Shown here: positions 17,826 to 26,185 of the stretch, in pieces
Layout of the letters: each line of letters starts with the position of its first letter
How positions within the stretch are numbered: the stretch's first letter is position 1
Source: Nitrososphaerota archaeon
Lineage (GTDB): Archaea; Thermoproteota; Nitrososphaeria; Conexivisphaerales; UBA164
DNA length: 64,000 nucleotides
NCBI GenBank assembly: GCA_029786595.1
Contig: JAFLXO010000003.1
Coordinates: forward strand, 4,990-68,989
Direction of reading: 5' to 3'
Program-made: the position numbers and the translations under genes
Notes under the pieces: model-generated
Databases searched by the model: none
The model's input: only the letters and a program-made list of their open reading frames with translations
What the model was told of the DNA's origin: nothing

Positions 17826-18518
17826 CTAATGATACATTAAGACAAGGTCAACCAAGGCGGATATATCTGATACGATTGATTCGCCTCTTTTAATCTCCTT
17901 TCCGAGCTCAGTAGAAAGCATTTTGCAAAGGCTTTCATCAAAATCATTAAGAAACCCCTTCAACTCGATGAGGCAGGGGATAGGTTGGGTCGTATCTGAT
18001 TTGAACTGGGCCTCCAGGCCCCTCAGTCGGTCGGCAAACTGACCCTCAAACGGTAGATTCCATTGTTTTATGATGTTCAATTCGTCAGCACAGAGATTTA
18101 GCAAAGTTTTGACGGAGTTACCTAGGATTATCTGACGTTCTTCATCTTGGAGGTATCCGGCTTTTAGTTTTTCTATGTCTTTAGTTACCGCCTTATAATG
18201 GGTCACATAGTTCTTTTCAATAGCCTTGGCCTCTTTCGATGCTTTTTTGGAGGGCGCTTTGTTTGGTAGTGTTAACCGGTCTGATGACGCTTGTGATGAA
18301 ATAAGCCCTGATGAAATGGCCTCTTTTGATGTTAGCCTGCGTGATACGACGTCTGCGATTATATATGCGCCCATGGTAATCCCTATGGTGAAGATGGTAT
18401 TGAAAAGATTGGGAAAGATTATAGATAACGGTATGATTACTGAGAATTCGATGATGATGTATATTTTAATTCTGAGCAGGCTTTGTTTACTGAATTTTGA
18501 TTTTAACCATCCTATCAA
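17826..18518 (-). CDS. membrane-anchored hypothetical protein
   Basis: 230 aa. Two N-terminal hydrophobic segments are followed by a Ser/Lys-rich linker and a helical body. Confidence 0.55.
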   Translation of the reverse strand: MIGWLKSKFSKQSLLRIKIYIIIEFSVIIPLSIIFPNLFNTIFTIGITMGAYIIADVVSRRLTSKEAISSGLISSQASSDRLTLPNKAPSKKASKEAKAIEKNYVTHYKAVTKDIEKLKAGYLQDEERQIILGNSVKTLLNLCADELNIIKQWNLPFEGQFADRLRGLEAQFKSDTTQPIPCLIELKGFLNDFDESLCKMLSTELGKEIKRGESIVSDISALVDLVLMYH

Positions 18519-18531
18519 ATGAGTTGCACCT

Positions 18532-18789
18532 CTATGCTCTCGGGACGCCGTCGTCGGCCATAAGTTTTTTGACTCGTCTTGGTTCGCGTGTCCAACCTAT
18601 CTCGGGGTGCCAATATCCTCTGCATTTTCTGCACATCAAATACCCTTCCTGTGCACCTCTGAGGCCTGAGATACTATCCACGACGTCACCAGGAGCCGGC
18701 TCCCAGACATGCTCACATCTGAATGTCGTCACACGAGGGGCCCTAAGTCCGCTATTTTGTTCCTTCCATCCAGCAAATCCAGGTTTCAT
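18532..18789 (-). CDS. small zinc-ribbon-like protein (CEH[VI]W set)
   Basis: 85 aa. CEHVWEP...CRKCRGYW has the same Cys/His pattern as 39984..40175. Confidence 0.45.
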   Translation of the reverse strand: MKPGFAGWKEQNSGLRAPRVTTFRCEHVWEPAPGDVVDSISGLRGAQEGYLMCRKCRGYWHPEIGWTREPRRVKKLMADDGVPRA

Positions 18790-18959
18790 ATTTTCACCTG
18801 TTTGTTTCTAAAGGTAGTATTATCCTATGGGGTTTTAAGGTAAGATTCATCATTTGGAACCAGTTAAACCCCAGGGCATTTCTACCCGTAATCTGGCGTT
18901 ATTTTTCAGTTTCTCTGGATATATCTTTGCCGCCACCATGGCTGAAACGAAGTTCCTGT

Positions 18960-19343
18960 TCACATGTGATAATTTATTACGACTTCGTGTTTTTCAATCC
19001 CTGCATGAACGACCACAACTGATTCTATTGGCCATTTTGTCTTGCAGGACTGGCATAACCACATGTCTTCGTCTGTCGCGATACCGGGCTTCTTACAGGA
19101 CGGGCATTCGTCGTTTAACTGGTCGCTATCTTCAACGCTTAGAGTAGGCGGCATTTCGTCCCCAGATTTGATTGCCAGGATTTTGAAACTTGTCCTGACC
19201 GGTGGCTTGAACCCTTTATGTTTCATCACGTATTGGACGGCGTCATCTAATGACAATGCTACGGCACTTGGGTCATACCACTCTGACGCGCGGTTGTTAG
19301 TATATCTGTATATTACAAAAACTTTATTTTCCATACTGGTCAC
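18960..19343 (-). CDS. hypothetical protein with CxxC...CxxC zinc ribbon
   Basis: 127 aa, with CPSCKKPG...LCQSCKTKW. Confidence 0.5.
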   Translation of the reverse strand: MTSMENKVFVIYRYTNNRASEWYDPSAVALSLDDAVQYVMKHKGFKPPVRTSFKILAIKSGDEMPPTLSVEDSDQLNDECPSCKKPGIATDEDMWLCQSCKTKWPIESVVVVHAGIEKHEVVINYHM

Positions 19344-19647
19344 CTCTGGCTAACTGGGTGTATTCAGCCAATACACTGACGTGGGTTATCCCATATCGCT
19401 TTAATATGGATATGTATTCTAATTCCACCCACTCCTTTGTCGACGGCAATGGAGCGTCTTGGTCGCTTATCATTTGGGTAGATATGATTTCAGGCTTGAT
19501 GACGAGGTTCGGGGCCCCTTCATTATTGCCAAACTCTGACCTCGCTACATCATAAGCGTGTTGTATTGTCTTTGTCACTAAAGCCCATTCCTCGTCAGCA
19601 CATTCTGGGAGCCGTTTGATGTTGACCGTCATGACGCCTAATCCCAA
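19324..19647 (-). CDS. hypothetical protein
   Basis: 107-aa ORF. Confidence 0.5.
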   Translation of the reverse strand: MGLGVMTVNIKRLPECADEEWALVTKTIQHAYDVARSEFGNNEGAPNLVIKPEIISTQMISDQDAPLPSTKEWVELEYISILKRYGITHVSVLAEYTQLARGDQYGK

Positions 19648-19706
19648 TCTCTCACCTCATTTACCTAGAGCTGCCATTGTATTCAAAGGGACGTCACTTC
19701 CAATGA

Positions 19707-20135
19707 TTATGAATGGTACGGGTTTCCCCAGAATGCAAACGTCACAATTATGTCTTTAGTATACTCTTTGAAATAGTCGAAGTTCGGCGGATGGCCTCCA
19801 ACACTGCCCAATTCATATCCATAGGGCAAGATGGTTTCTTCAACTCTTTCTCCTTTTAACACAGATGTGTCGGTCCAGTCACTTCTTGTATGCTCAACAA
19901 ACCACGCCCAGCGCCGCATCGGCCGTACTTCAATTGTGTACCAGTCTGGATCTTTGTCATCTGAAAGGGCCTCTACCACAGCTGGGTCTACCCCGTCAGT
20001 AAAACTGTGGCGGTTCACATACTTTGGGAAGTCTGCTATAGACGTGCAGTATATACCCTCAGCCTTCAAAGTTTTCACGATTGTGCGGACTTCGTCTATT
20101 ATTTCAGCGTGTGTTAAGGTCTTGGCTTTTTTCAT
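19707..20135 (-). CDS. hypothetical protein, small paralog set 2
   Basis: 142 aa. EIIDEVRTIVKTLKAEGIY..FPKYVNRHSF..VEALSDDKDPDWYTIEVRP resembles 14372..14779. Confidence 0.55.
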   Translation of the reverse strand: MKKAKTLTHAEIIDEVRTIVKTLKAEGIYCTSIADFPKYVNRHSFTDGVDPAVVEALSDDKDPDWYTIEVRPMRRWAWFVEHTRSDWTDTSVLKGERVEETILPYGYELGSVGGHPPNFDYFKEYTKDIIVTFAFWGNPYHS

Positions 20136-20154
20136 TTTTGGTCAGCCTCCTGGT

Positions 20155-20868
20155 TTAACTCATCGCTACTCTGACGCTTATGACAGTCTTAATGCGCTCT
20201 GGAAACTCGTTGATATCTACTTCTTCTAAGGCCTTCATAAAGGTACCGTCCCAGGCGTTCCATGCTACCGGCAGTCTGATGCTCCTGGTTCGTATCTCAT
20301 GCAATAGCCTTTGCCGTGGCATTGTGGATATGCTCCAGGCTATGTCATCGGTAGTTTCTTTGATGAGCAGGATCTGTTGATAAAGGCCCTCGGGGTTCTT
20401 TAGAACGCATGTTACCTCACCGCTGTCCAGGGTGTTAAATCTGACTATCTTATTACACCTCAACTCTGTTGCTATGACATCCCAGCGCTCTTTTGCGGCT
20501 ATCTGGGCCCGTGTCGTCTTTTTGGCTACCCCGCCGACCACCTTCTCACCCATGAGCCGGTTCTCATCTTGCCAGATGAAAGAGGCGTCTGAGAGGACAT
20601 GGCGTATCAGCCATCTGCCCCTGGACGCATAAACGACCCATGGGGTCCTGTCCAAGATGCGGTTAAGGATAAATTTAGTGGTCTGGGTCTTATGCCCGCA
20701 GTCTCTAAGGGTGAGTGTCTGGGTTTTTCGGTCCAGTGTGGCTATATTGCTGTTGTACAAGAAGTAGTTTACTATCTCCGGCCTTACCTCTATTCTTACT
20801 ACACTAGTGCTGGCCGTTGTGGCGCCCCAGAACTCGTCGGTGAGCGTCTTAATGATGCCATATACCAT
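20155..20868 (-). CDS. hypothetical protein
   Basis: 237-aa ORF. Confidence 0.6.
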   Translation of the reverse strand: MVYGIIKTLTDEFWGATTASTSVVRIEVRPEIVNYFLYNSNIATLDRKTQTLTLRDCGHKTQTTKFILNRILDRTPWVVYASRGRWLIRHVLSDASFIWQDENRLMGEKVVGGVAKKTTRAQIAAKERWDVIATELRCNKIVRFNTLDSGEVTCVLKNPEGLYQQILLIKETTDDIAWSISTMPRQRLLHEIRTRSIRLPVAWNAWDGTFMKALEEVDINEFPERIKTVISVRVAMS

Positions 20869-21136
20869 AATAAACTCACCTCTTTTAATCTAGGAATAAA
20901 CTGTCAACATACCAACAAACCTGGGTTTTGGTGTGCGTTTTAAGCCCCTCTAGTCAATCTATCTGGGTTTAAATATCATTGAGCGTTGTTTGGGGCGTTG
21001 TGTGAGTATTGTTGGGTTGCAGGACGAAACTGTAGATGCCCAATATGTGTGGCTTAACTAACCCACCAGTGGCGTTTCTTTACTGTTACAATTGCCGTCA
21101 TCACCTATCATCATCTGAAACGGGGCTATAGATGCG

Positions 21137-21841
21137 TTATGGGTTAAGTTTAGTCCCAATCAGCCCATTAAGCGCTGCATCTATCGACTTCGCCCCAGAT
21201 GATCCATTGAAATAACGCGTTGATATACGCGATCTTTCAAGGATCTTTGCCGCTGTTATGTCAAACACGTCGTATGTGCCTGCTTTGTTGTCTTGGTGCT
21301 GGTTGATTAGTAGGCTTATCAGATCTGAATACCGCATTTCTCTGATCAAGACAGCCGTTTTGTCTTGTTTAGGATCGGCATTGTATACGCCGTCTACGTC
21401 TGACACCTTCAATACGATGTCTGCCCCAACTGCTTCTGCTAATAAGGCAGCGACAGTAGTTGTCGAATGCCCAGGTTCGGTCCCGCCCATGACTACGATC
21501 TTACCAATATCTCTTGCAGCGACCGCTTCTTCAATAGAAATGGGGATGTGTTGGGCCGCCAGGCTGCCCAGCGCCCCAGCGAGTATTTTTGCATACATCC
21601 TGGTTATCATGATACCAACCGTGTCGATGGCGCCTTCGTTCAGTCTCAGCTCCCTTCCAAATCTACTGAACCGTTCCTTTAACTCTCCACCGCCGATGAC
21701 CACATGAATTTCAGCCCCGTCTAAACATAGCTGGCGTATTTTTGCTATATAATCAGATACTATTGTCGGATTGAGTCCGTTTCCAACTACAGAGCCTCCT
21801 AAGGCAAGCACTATCCGCACGTTTCCACCTCCACCTTTCAT
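21137..21841 (-). CDS. pyrH: UMP kinase, archaeal type (amino-acid-kinase fold)
   Basis: IVLALGGSVV, VVIGGGELKERF and VVMGGTEPGHSTTTVAALLAEAVGADIVLKVSDVDGVYNADPKQD match the archaeal PyrH pattern along the whole 234 aa. Confidence 0.8.
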   Translation of the reverse strand: MKGGGGNVRIVLALGGSVVGNGLNPTIVSDYIAKIRQLCLDGAEIHVVIGGGELKERFSRFGRELRLNEGAIDTVGIMITRMYAKILAGALGSLAAQHIPISIEEAVAARDIGKIVVMGGTEPGHSTTTVAALLAEAVGADIVLKVSDVDGVYNADPKQDKTAVLIREMRYSDLISLLINQHQDNKAGTYDVFDITAAKILERSRISTRYFNGSSGAKSIDAALNGLIGTKLNP

Positions 21842-22419
21842 AAGATGCCTAACGTAACGATGAAATATATGATACTAAGCAGCCCGAATGTAATCCAAAT
21901 CGCGTCGTTTATCCCATAGTATCCGACGATCATTGGTTGTTTTGATCTACTGGCCCGCAAAAAATCGCCGCCGAAGAGACTCATTGTCGTTATTGGTATC
22001 AGGTTCAGCAAGAGGCTGTGTTTTTGGGTCAAGACAGCCATCATGAACGCCAAGAAAAACAAGATCACCGCCACGGCTACCGGTGAAATGGTCAAAGATC
22101 CGACAGGGCTAGGTGTAAACGCCACATAGAAGAGCCCGATACCAATCAACGTTGTTATCAGTGCTGGGCCTATCACCCCGGCTTTATACTGGAACACCAA
22201 TAGGGACGCTACAACTGGGACCACGGCACCCCCGAGGTTTATACCAAGACTGGGTGATATGCCGAATGTATACCTGCTCAAGAATAGCGTGATTACGACT
22301 ATCACTAAGAACCCCCATGACGGTATGAGGCCAAGTCTGGCGTCAAAGAATTTGAACGTTAGGACTGTTATTATTCCTGCAAGCAGGTATCCAACGTATC
22401 CAGGGTTGTCTTTATTCAT
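21838..22419 (-). CDS. polytopic membrane protein
   Basis: 193 aa with about 6 hydrophobic segments. It overlaps pyrH by 4 nt and is probably co-transcribed with it. Confidence 0.6.
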   Translation of the reverse strand: MNKDNPGYVGYLLAGIITVLTFKFFDARLGLIPSWGFLVIVVITLFLSRYTFGISPSLGINLGGAVVPVVASLLVFQYKAGVIGPALITTLIGIGLFYVAFTPSPVGSLTISPVAVAVILFFLAFMMAVLTQKHSLLLNLIPITTMSLFGGDFLRASRSKQPMIVGYYGINDAIWITFGLLSIIYFIVTLGIL

Positions 22420-22485
22420 CTTCTATCACCTCATAAGGCCATGTGAGCTAGAGACCCAGCGGCTTCAGAAGCTGGAGGATGCTAG

Positions 22486-22809
22486 TTATACTAGGTTGAA
22501 CACGTCTGTATAATAGAAATCAGCGTCAGTGACGGTCAGCCCCAGAGGAACCCCTTCTGTCGATATGCCTATCTTGGTGCCGTCAGTCAACAACACCTCA
22601 ACCGTTTTAATGACGGCGGGATCTCCAGGAGATAACGCCGCCGCAGCAGAATCAAATTTGTTAAGGTTGGCGGCTTTAATTGCTGCACAGAGATCTCTGA
22701 CGGCTTCTTCTGTCAACGGTGAAACACTCTTCTTGATCAATTTTGCGTTAAATGAGTCATCATCGACAGGCTTGACCATAAACATGACTGTCTTGCCAAA
22801 GAGTTTCAT
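22486..22809 (-). CDS. hypothetical protein
   Basis: 107-aa ORF with a 4-nt overlap with 22806..23141. Confidence 0.55.
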   Translation of the reverse strand: MKLFGKTVMFMVKPVDDDSFNAKLIKKSVSPLTEEAVRDLCAAIKAANLNKFDSAAAALSPGDPAVIKTVEVLLTDGTKIGISTEGVPLGLTVTDADFYYTDVFNLV

Positions 22810-23141
22810 ATCTTGTCATCACCTAACGCTACTGCTTCGGCTACGCTGATATTATATTCTAACGCTGTTTTGATCCTTCCAAATGTTATGTCTTTTTCGT
22901 TAAACGGGGAAGGCTCGCCGTCGACTTCTCCGAGCATGAACCCAACGTTCACCAACATAGGTATTATCTCCCTGACGTGCTGCGGGAAGGTTTTTATCTG
23001 GACGCGGCTTAGGCCGTTAAACCTGATGGTTGGGGTCTCTACACTGATCAGTGAAATCGCTTCTTTTGGAAAGAAGCAGCACTCTATTTTGATTTTCTCT
23101 GGCTTGTACCGCTTCTTTGTGATGGTCGGCATGCTAAACAT
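22806..23141 (-). CDS. AL-tail family member (short form)
   Basis: 111 aa. Tail is RIKTALEYNISVAEAVALGDDKI. Confidence 0.5.
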   Translation of the reverse strand: MFSMPTITKKRYKPEKIKIECCFFPKEAISLISVETPTIRFNGLSRVQIKTFPQHVREIIPMLVNVGFMLGEVDGEPSPFNEKDITFGRIKTALEYNISVAEAVALGDDKI

Positions 23142-23152
23142 GTGTATTACCT

Positions 23153-23902
23153 CTATTCGATTATACGCACGTGATTGTTGATATCCTCAGTCGACGCGTA
23201 TCTTGTCCCAGGGACCGGTTCCTGCGCATCTCTCTGGATATCGACCTTGAGGTGCAATTTCAACTTTGAAAGGATACCCTGGTGTTCTTTGTCGCTTCTG
23301 TAAAACGCCATAGCGTCCTCTCCTCTGGTCAGATTGAGGATTATATGGTATCCACGGCTGGTTTTTGTGGTCATATACCTGGGCAACACCGAGACTTCGT
23401 CCCTTACCTGCGGGTATATTGATGCGTCGTCTACGTCTACTGTTGTGACATGGAACCCGCCAGTCTTGTGTTTATGCAGGAGCCCAAAGTACCTAGATGT
23501 CTGCTTGCTGAGCTCGTACATGGCCTCGTCGTTGTGCTGGAACGCCAGGGCCACGTTTTCTTTTACCAGCTCAGAGACCGCGTTCGTAACGCTGCGGGGA
23601 GCTACCGTCCCGAAGATGCCAGTGACCCCAGGGGTGACCATGATGTCTCTGAATTCATATCTGCCATATTCCTTAAGGACGGCCATGTTGTATACAGCGT
23701 TGAAATACCGATCTCTCCATCCAGCCACCGCCCTGATGATATCACGCTCAATGACCAAGTCTTTCATCTTTTGACCTAATTGCTCCTTGGCCTTCCTAGA
23801 ACGTATTGCCAGCATCAACAAATGTGTTGTGGGTGGGTTGACCGTCAAATCTGGCAGCCGCCGGACCCATTCCTTTACATCACTTTCTATTAGGTTGTCC
23901 AA
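23153..23902 (-). CDS. archaeo-eukaryotic primase (AEP) / primase-polymerase-like protein
   Basis: Three ordered AEP motifs are present: VTTVDVDD (DxD), TKTSRGYHIILNL (sGxGxH-like) and VDIQRDAQEPVPGT (D...PGT). Confidence 0.5.
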   Translation of the reverse strand: MDNLIESDVKEWVRRLPDLTVNPPTTHLLMLAIRSRKAKEQLGQKMKDLVIERDIIRAVAGWRDRYFNAVYNMAVLKEYGRYEFRDIMVTPGVTGIFGTVAPRSVTNAVSELVKENVALAFQHNDEAMYELSKQTSRYFGLLHKHKTGGFHVTTVDVDDASIYPQVRDEVSVLPRYMTTKTSRGYHIILNLTRGEDAMAFYRSDKEHQGILSKLKLHLKVDIQRDAQEPVPGTRYASTEDINNHVRIIE

Positions 23903-24004
23903 CTTCTCTCCCCCATTCGCATTAGTAGTGGTATCCTCTTATGAAGACGGGCCCTTGGTCATACCGGATAGACCGCCTAAGGGTAGCTGATTGGTATCCT
24001 AGTG

Positions 24005-24571
24005 TCAAAACTCGTGTGCTTCAATATCCGAGCCGTCGCTGATTTTATCGGTTTCTGGGTTGAATGGCAAGACTACTTGGGCGTCTACGATTTTTGTCTG
24101 GCCGCCGTCTTCTACGCACATGAGCCCGTCAAACATGCGGGTATTCCTAGAGATTGTCAGACTCACTGACGGTATCTTTAGCATCTCGCCGTTGGCCTTC
24201 GTAGTATTGATGTCGACGCTGGAGTGGAACGCTCCGAAGCTGCAATGGCTATGACCCCAGCCTACCTGAGCGACACCTGGGGTGTTTTTAAAATGAAGGT
24301 ATACGTCGTCTAACCCGTCTGGATATGTCTGTTCCCAATATGCGCTAGACCCGACCTGGTGCGGCACGAATATCCCATCCACATATACCGTATGCCCCAG
24401 TCTGCGGCCTTCCATCGCGAACCCAAACTCTGACTTTACCATCGAAAGGTAGAACATCATCTGGGCCAAGGCACGGTCAGAAAGGACGATTTTTGGGTCG
24501 CCGTCCGGAGCCTGGGTGGCCTTAACAGGGGCTGGCCTTCCAAATCTAAAAAGTTTCCTGAAGTTGATCAA
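24005..24571 (-). CDS. JAB/MPN (JAMM) metallopeptidase, copy 1
   Basis: JAMM signature GWGHSHCSFGAFHSSVD (H-x-H-x7-S-x2-D) with upstream EFGFAMEG. It is clearly alignable over most of its length with 60545..61306. Confidence 0.75.
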   Translation of the reverse strand: MINFRKLFRFGRPAPVKATQAPDGDPKIVLSDRALAQMMFYLSMVKSEFGFAMEGRRLGHTVYVDGIFVPHQVGSSAYWEQTYPDGLDDVYLHFKNTPGVAQVGWGHSHCSFGAFHSSVDINTTKANGEMLKIPSVSLTISRNTRMFDGLMCVEDGGQTKIVDAQVVLPFNPETDKISDGSDIEAHEF

Positions 24572-24633
24572 TCACATCACCTTTTTTGTTTATCAGAAGA
24601 CAGATGTTATTCTTGTTATGATTGTTATTTTCA

Positions 24634-24954
24634 TCAAGGCCGGCTAGTTTGGGCCGTCTGACCGGTGCCGTCTACCAGCTTTTTTAATTCTTTCACCCTG
24701 GCCTTTATGTTGTTTATTTGTGTTTCTGAAAGGAAGGGGTCTGACCTGAGTTTGTTCTCAAGGTCGTAAATGAGCTGGTCGACGTCGGTTATCTCACATG
24801 TAATTGTAAAGTCGTCGTAATACCCGCGCTCAAGGTCAAAGAAGACCTTATACGCTCTTCCGTCCTTTCGGATGACGAGCTCGTTATAGCCGGTGTTTAT
24901 GACCTGCCCGCCTATCAAATCGTCTAATTCGATTACCCTTCTGTCAAACCGCAT
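24634..24954 (-). CDS. hypothetical protein, paralog set 4
   Basis: 106 aa. The N-terminus VIELDDLIGGQVINTGYNELVIRKDGRAY resembles 17297..17482. Confidence 0.5.
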   Translation of the reverse strand: MRFDRRVIELDDLIGGQVINTGYNELVIRKDGRAYKVFFDLERGYYDDFTITCEITDVDQLIYDLENKLRSDPFLSETQINNIKARVKELKKLVDGTGQTAQTSRP

Positions 24955-25030
24955 TCTATGTCCCTCCTATACTATGTCGGCTATCGCACCAAATGCTGGT
25001 GCCTTAGTGTCTTATATCCTATGAGTCTAT

Positions 25031-25441
25031 TCAAGAGGTTGAGGTTGTTTTACCCCTGGCGGTGGGCTTAGTCATGAGCTTATATTTATTGGCCAGCGCG
25101 TTCTTTAAGTTGTTAGTGACGAAGCGATACGTCTCGTTTGCCCCGTTGATCTTTGAGTCACGTATGGTTTTGGCAATCTCCTTCTGGTAGACGAAGTCTT
25201 TAACAGCCAGTCTTGTCTCTGGGTCTGTTATGTCCCAAACCCTATGGCAGTCAGCACATGCATGGTTGTCATCAAGTTGCCGGAGCTCGTCTATGGGGCA
25301 ATTTACCAATTCATTAACCGCCTTTTCCATACGGTCACTGTAATATTCAGGGAAATCCTTTTTAAGTTCTTCTGCTGTTACTGGTGATCCTCTTAACGTC
25401 TTTATCCTCATTATTCTACCTCCAAATTTTATATGAAACAA
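25031..25441 (-). CDS. hypothetical protein
   Basis: 136-aa ORF. The start may be the internal MRIKTL preceded by GGAGG. Confidence 0.5.
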   Translation of the reverse strand: MFHIKFGGRIMRIKTLRGSPVTAEELKKDFPEYYSDRMEKAVNELVNCPIDELRQLDDNHACADCHRVWDITDPETRLAVKDFVYQKEIAKTIRDSKINGANETYRFVTNNLKNALANKYKLMTKPTARGKTTSTS

Positions 25442-25492
25442 ACGGAACGTGTTTTACGGCTAACAGGCGGATTTGGCCGGCTACCTAGAGGT

Positions 25493-25615
25493 TCACGGCC
25501 AGACCGCTTCTCTTAACCATTCTCTGTGTTCGTCGTCTCTGATGTTAGGACATATTTTGTTTCGTCTGATTTGGTGGCCGCATAGCCGGCAAACATAGTA
25601 AAGTGGTTCAATCAT
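25493..25615 (-). CDS. possible 40-aa zinc-binding miniprotein
   Basis: Hand-translated: MIEPLYYVCRLCGHQIRRNKICPNIRDDEHREWLREAVWP. It has CxxC plus a downstream Cys/His. It is below the track cutoff and lies in an otherwise empty 300-bp spacer. Confidence 0.3.
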   Translation of the reverse strand: MIEPLYYVCRLCGHQIRRNKICPNIRDDEHREWLREAVWP

Positions 25616-25743
25616 GCCCTTTACACCAATTCGAGCTGCACACCGGTGAATTTACTCTTCTCTCCAACGTCACTCCCTTCGTTTGACTTATCAGTCGCGG
25701 CCGGGAGGCCAGTGGCTTTACTATAGGAGAATGTCACATGACT

Positions 25744-25980
25744 TTAGACGTCGATTTCGTCATATCTACCAAGTTTCTTGCCAAGTTCTGTGAACGCCTT
25801 TACAAGATCCTCATACTCTTTAACCGTGTATGCGTCCAGTTCGTCTGAAGCAAACACTTTTTTAAGGGTCTCAAAAATGACCTTGGCAGAATCTTTGCTG
25901 ATAGCGATTTCGTTGTATCTCAAAAGCTTTCCGGACGAAGTACTCCAATTGATAGGTTTTTCATAAGGCGCGCTCATCAT
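25744..25980 (-). CDS. small hypothetical protein
   Basis: 78-aa ORF. Confidence 0.45.
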   Translation of the reverse strand: MMSAPYEKPINWSTSSGKLLRYNEIAISKDSAKVIFETLKKVFASDELDAYTVKEYEDLVKAFTELGKKLGRYDEIDV

Positions 25981-26053
25981 CTCATCTCCTTTGTTGTCTA
26001 AATCGCCGACGGTGGTGGCCTGGGCATCATAGCCCGGCCATATTAAGAGTAAG

Positions 26054-26138
26054 TGCCGAAGGTGGGATTCGAACCCACGAACCCCTAAGGGACGGGATCT
26101 TAAGTCCCGCGCCGTTGACCAGGCTTGGCTACTTCGGC
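26054..26138 (-). tRNA. tRNA-Leu (anticodon UAA), class II with long variable arm
   Basis: Folded by hand. It has a 7-bp acceptor stem (GCCGAAG/CTTCGGC), anticodon stem CGGGA/TCCCG with loop CT-TAA-GA, a 13-nt variable arm (CCC/GGG stem), T arm GTGGG-TTCGAAT-CCCAC and discriminator A. No CCA is encoded. Confidence 0.9.
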
Positions 26139-26185
26139 AAATGGGCCGTATCTATGGTATTTAATTACCAAGTACGGCAGTTGTT

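Noticed and set aside
26054-26138. tRNA as an integration (att) border of a provirus
   Set aside because: Gene style, strand and members of the same paralog family continue on both sides. I saw no duplicated tRNA 3' segment and no integrase in the window.
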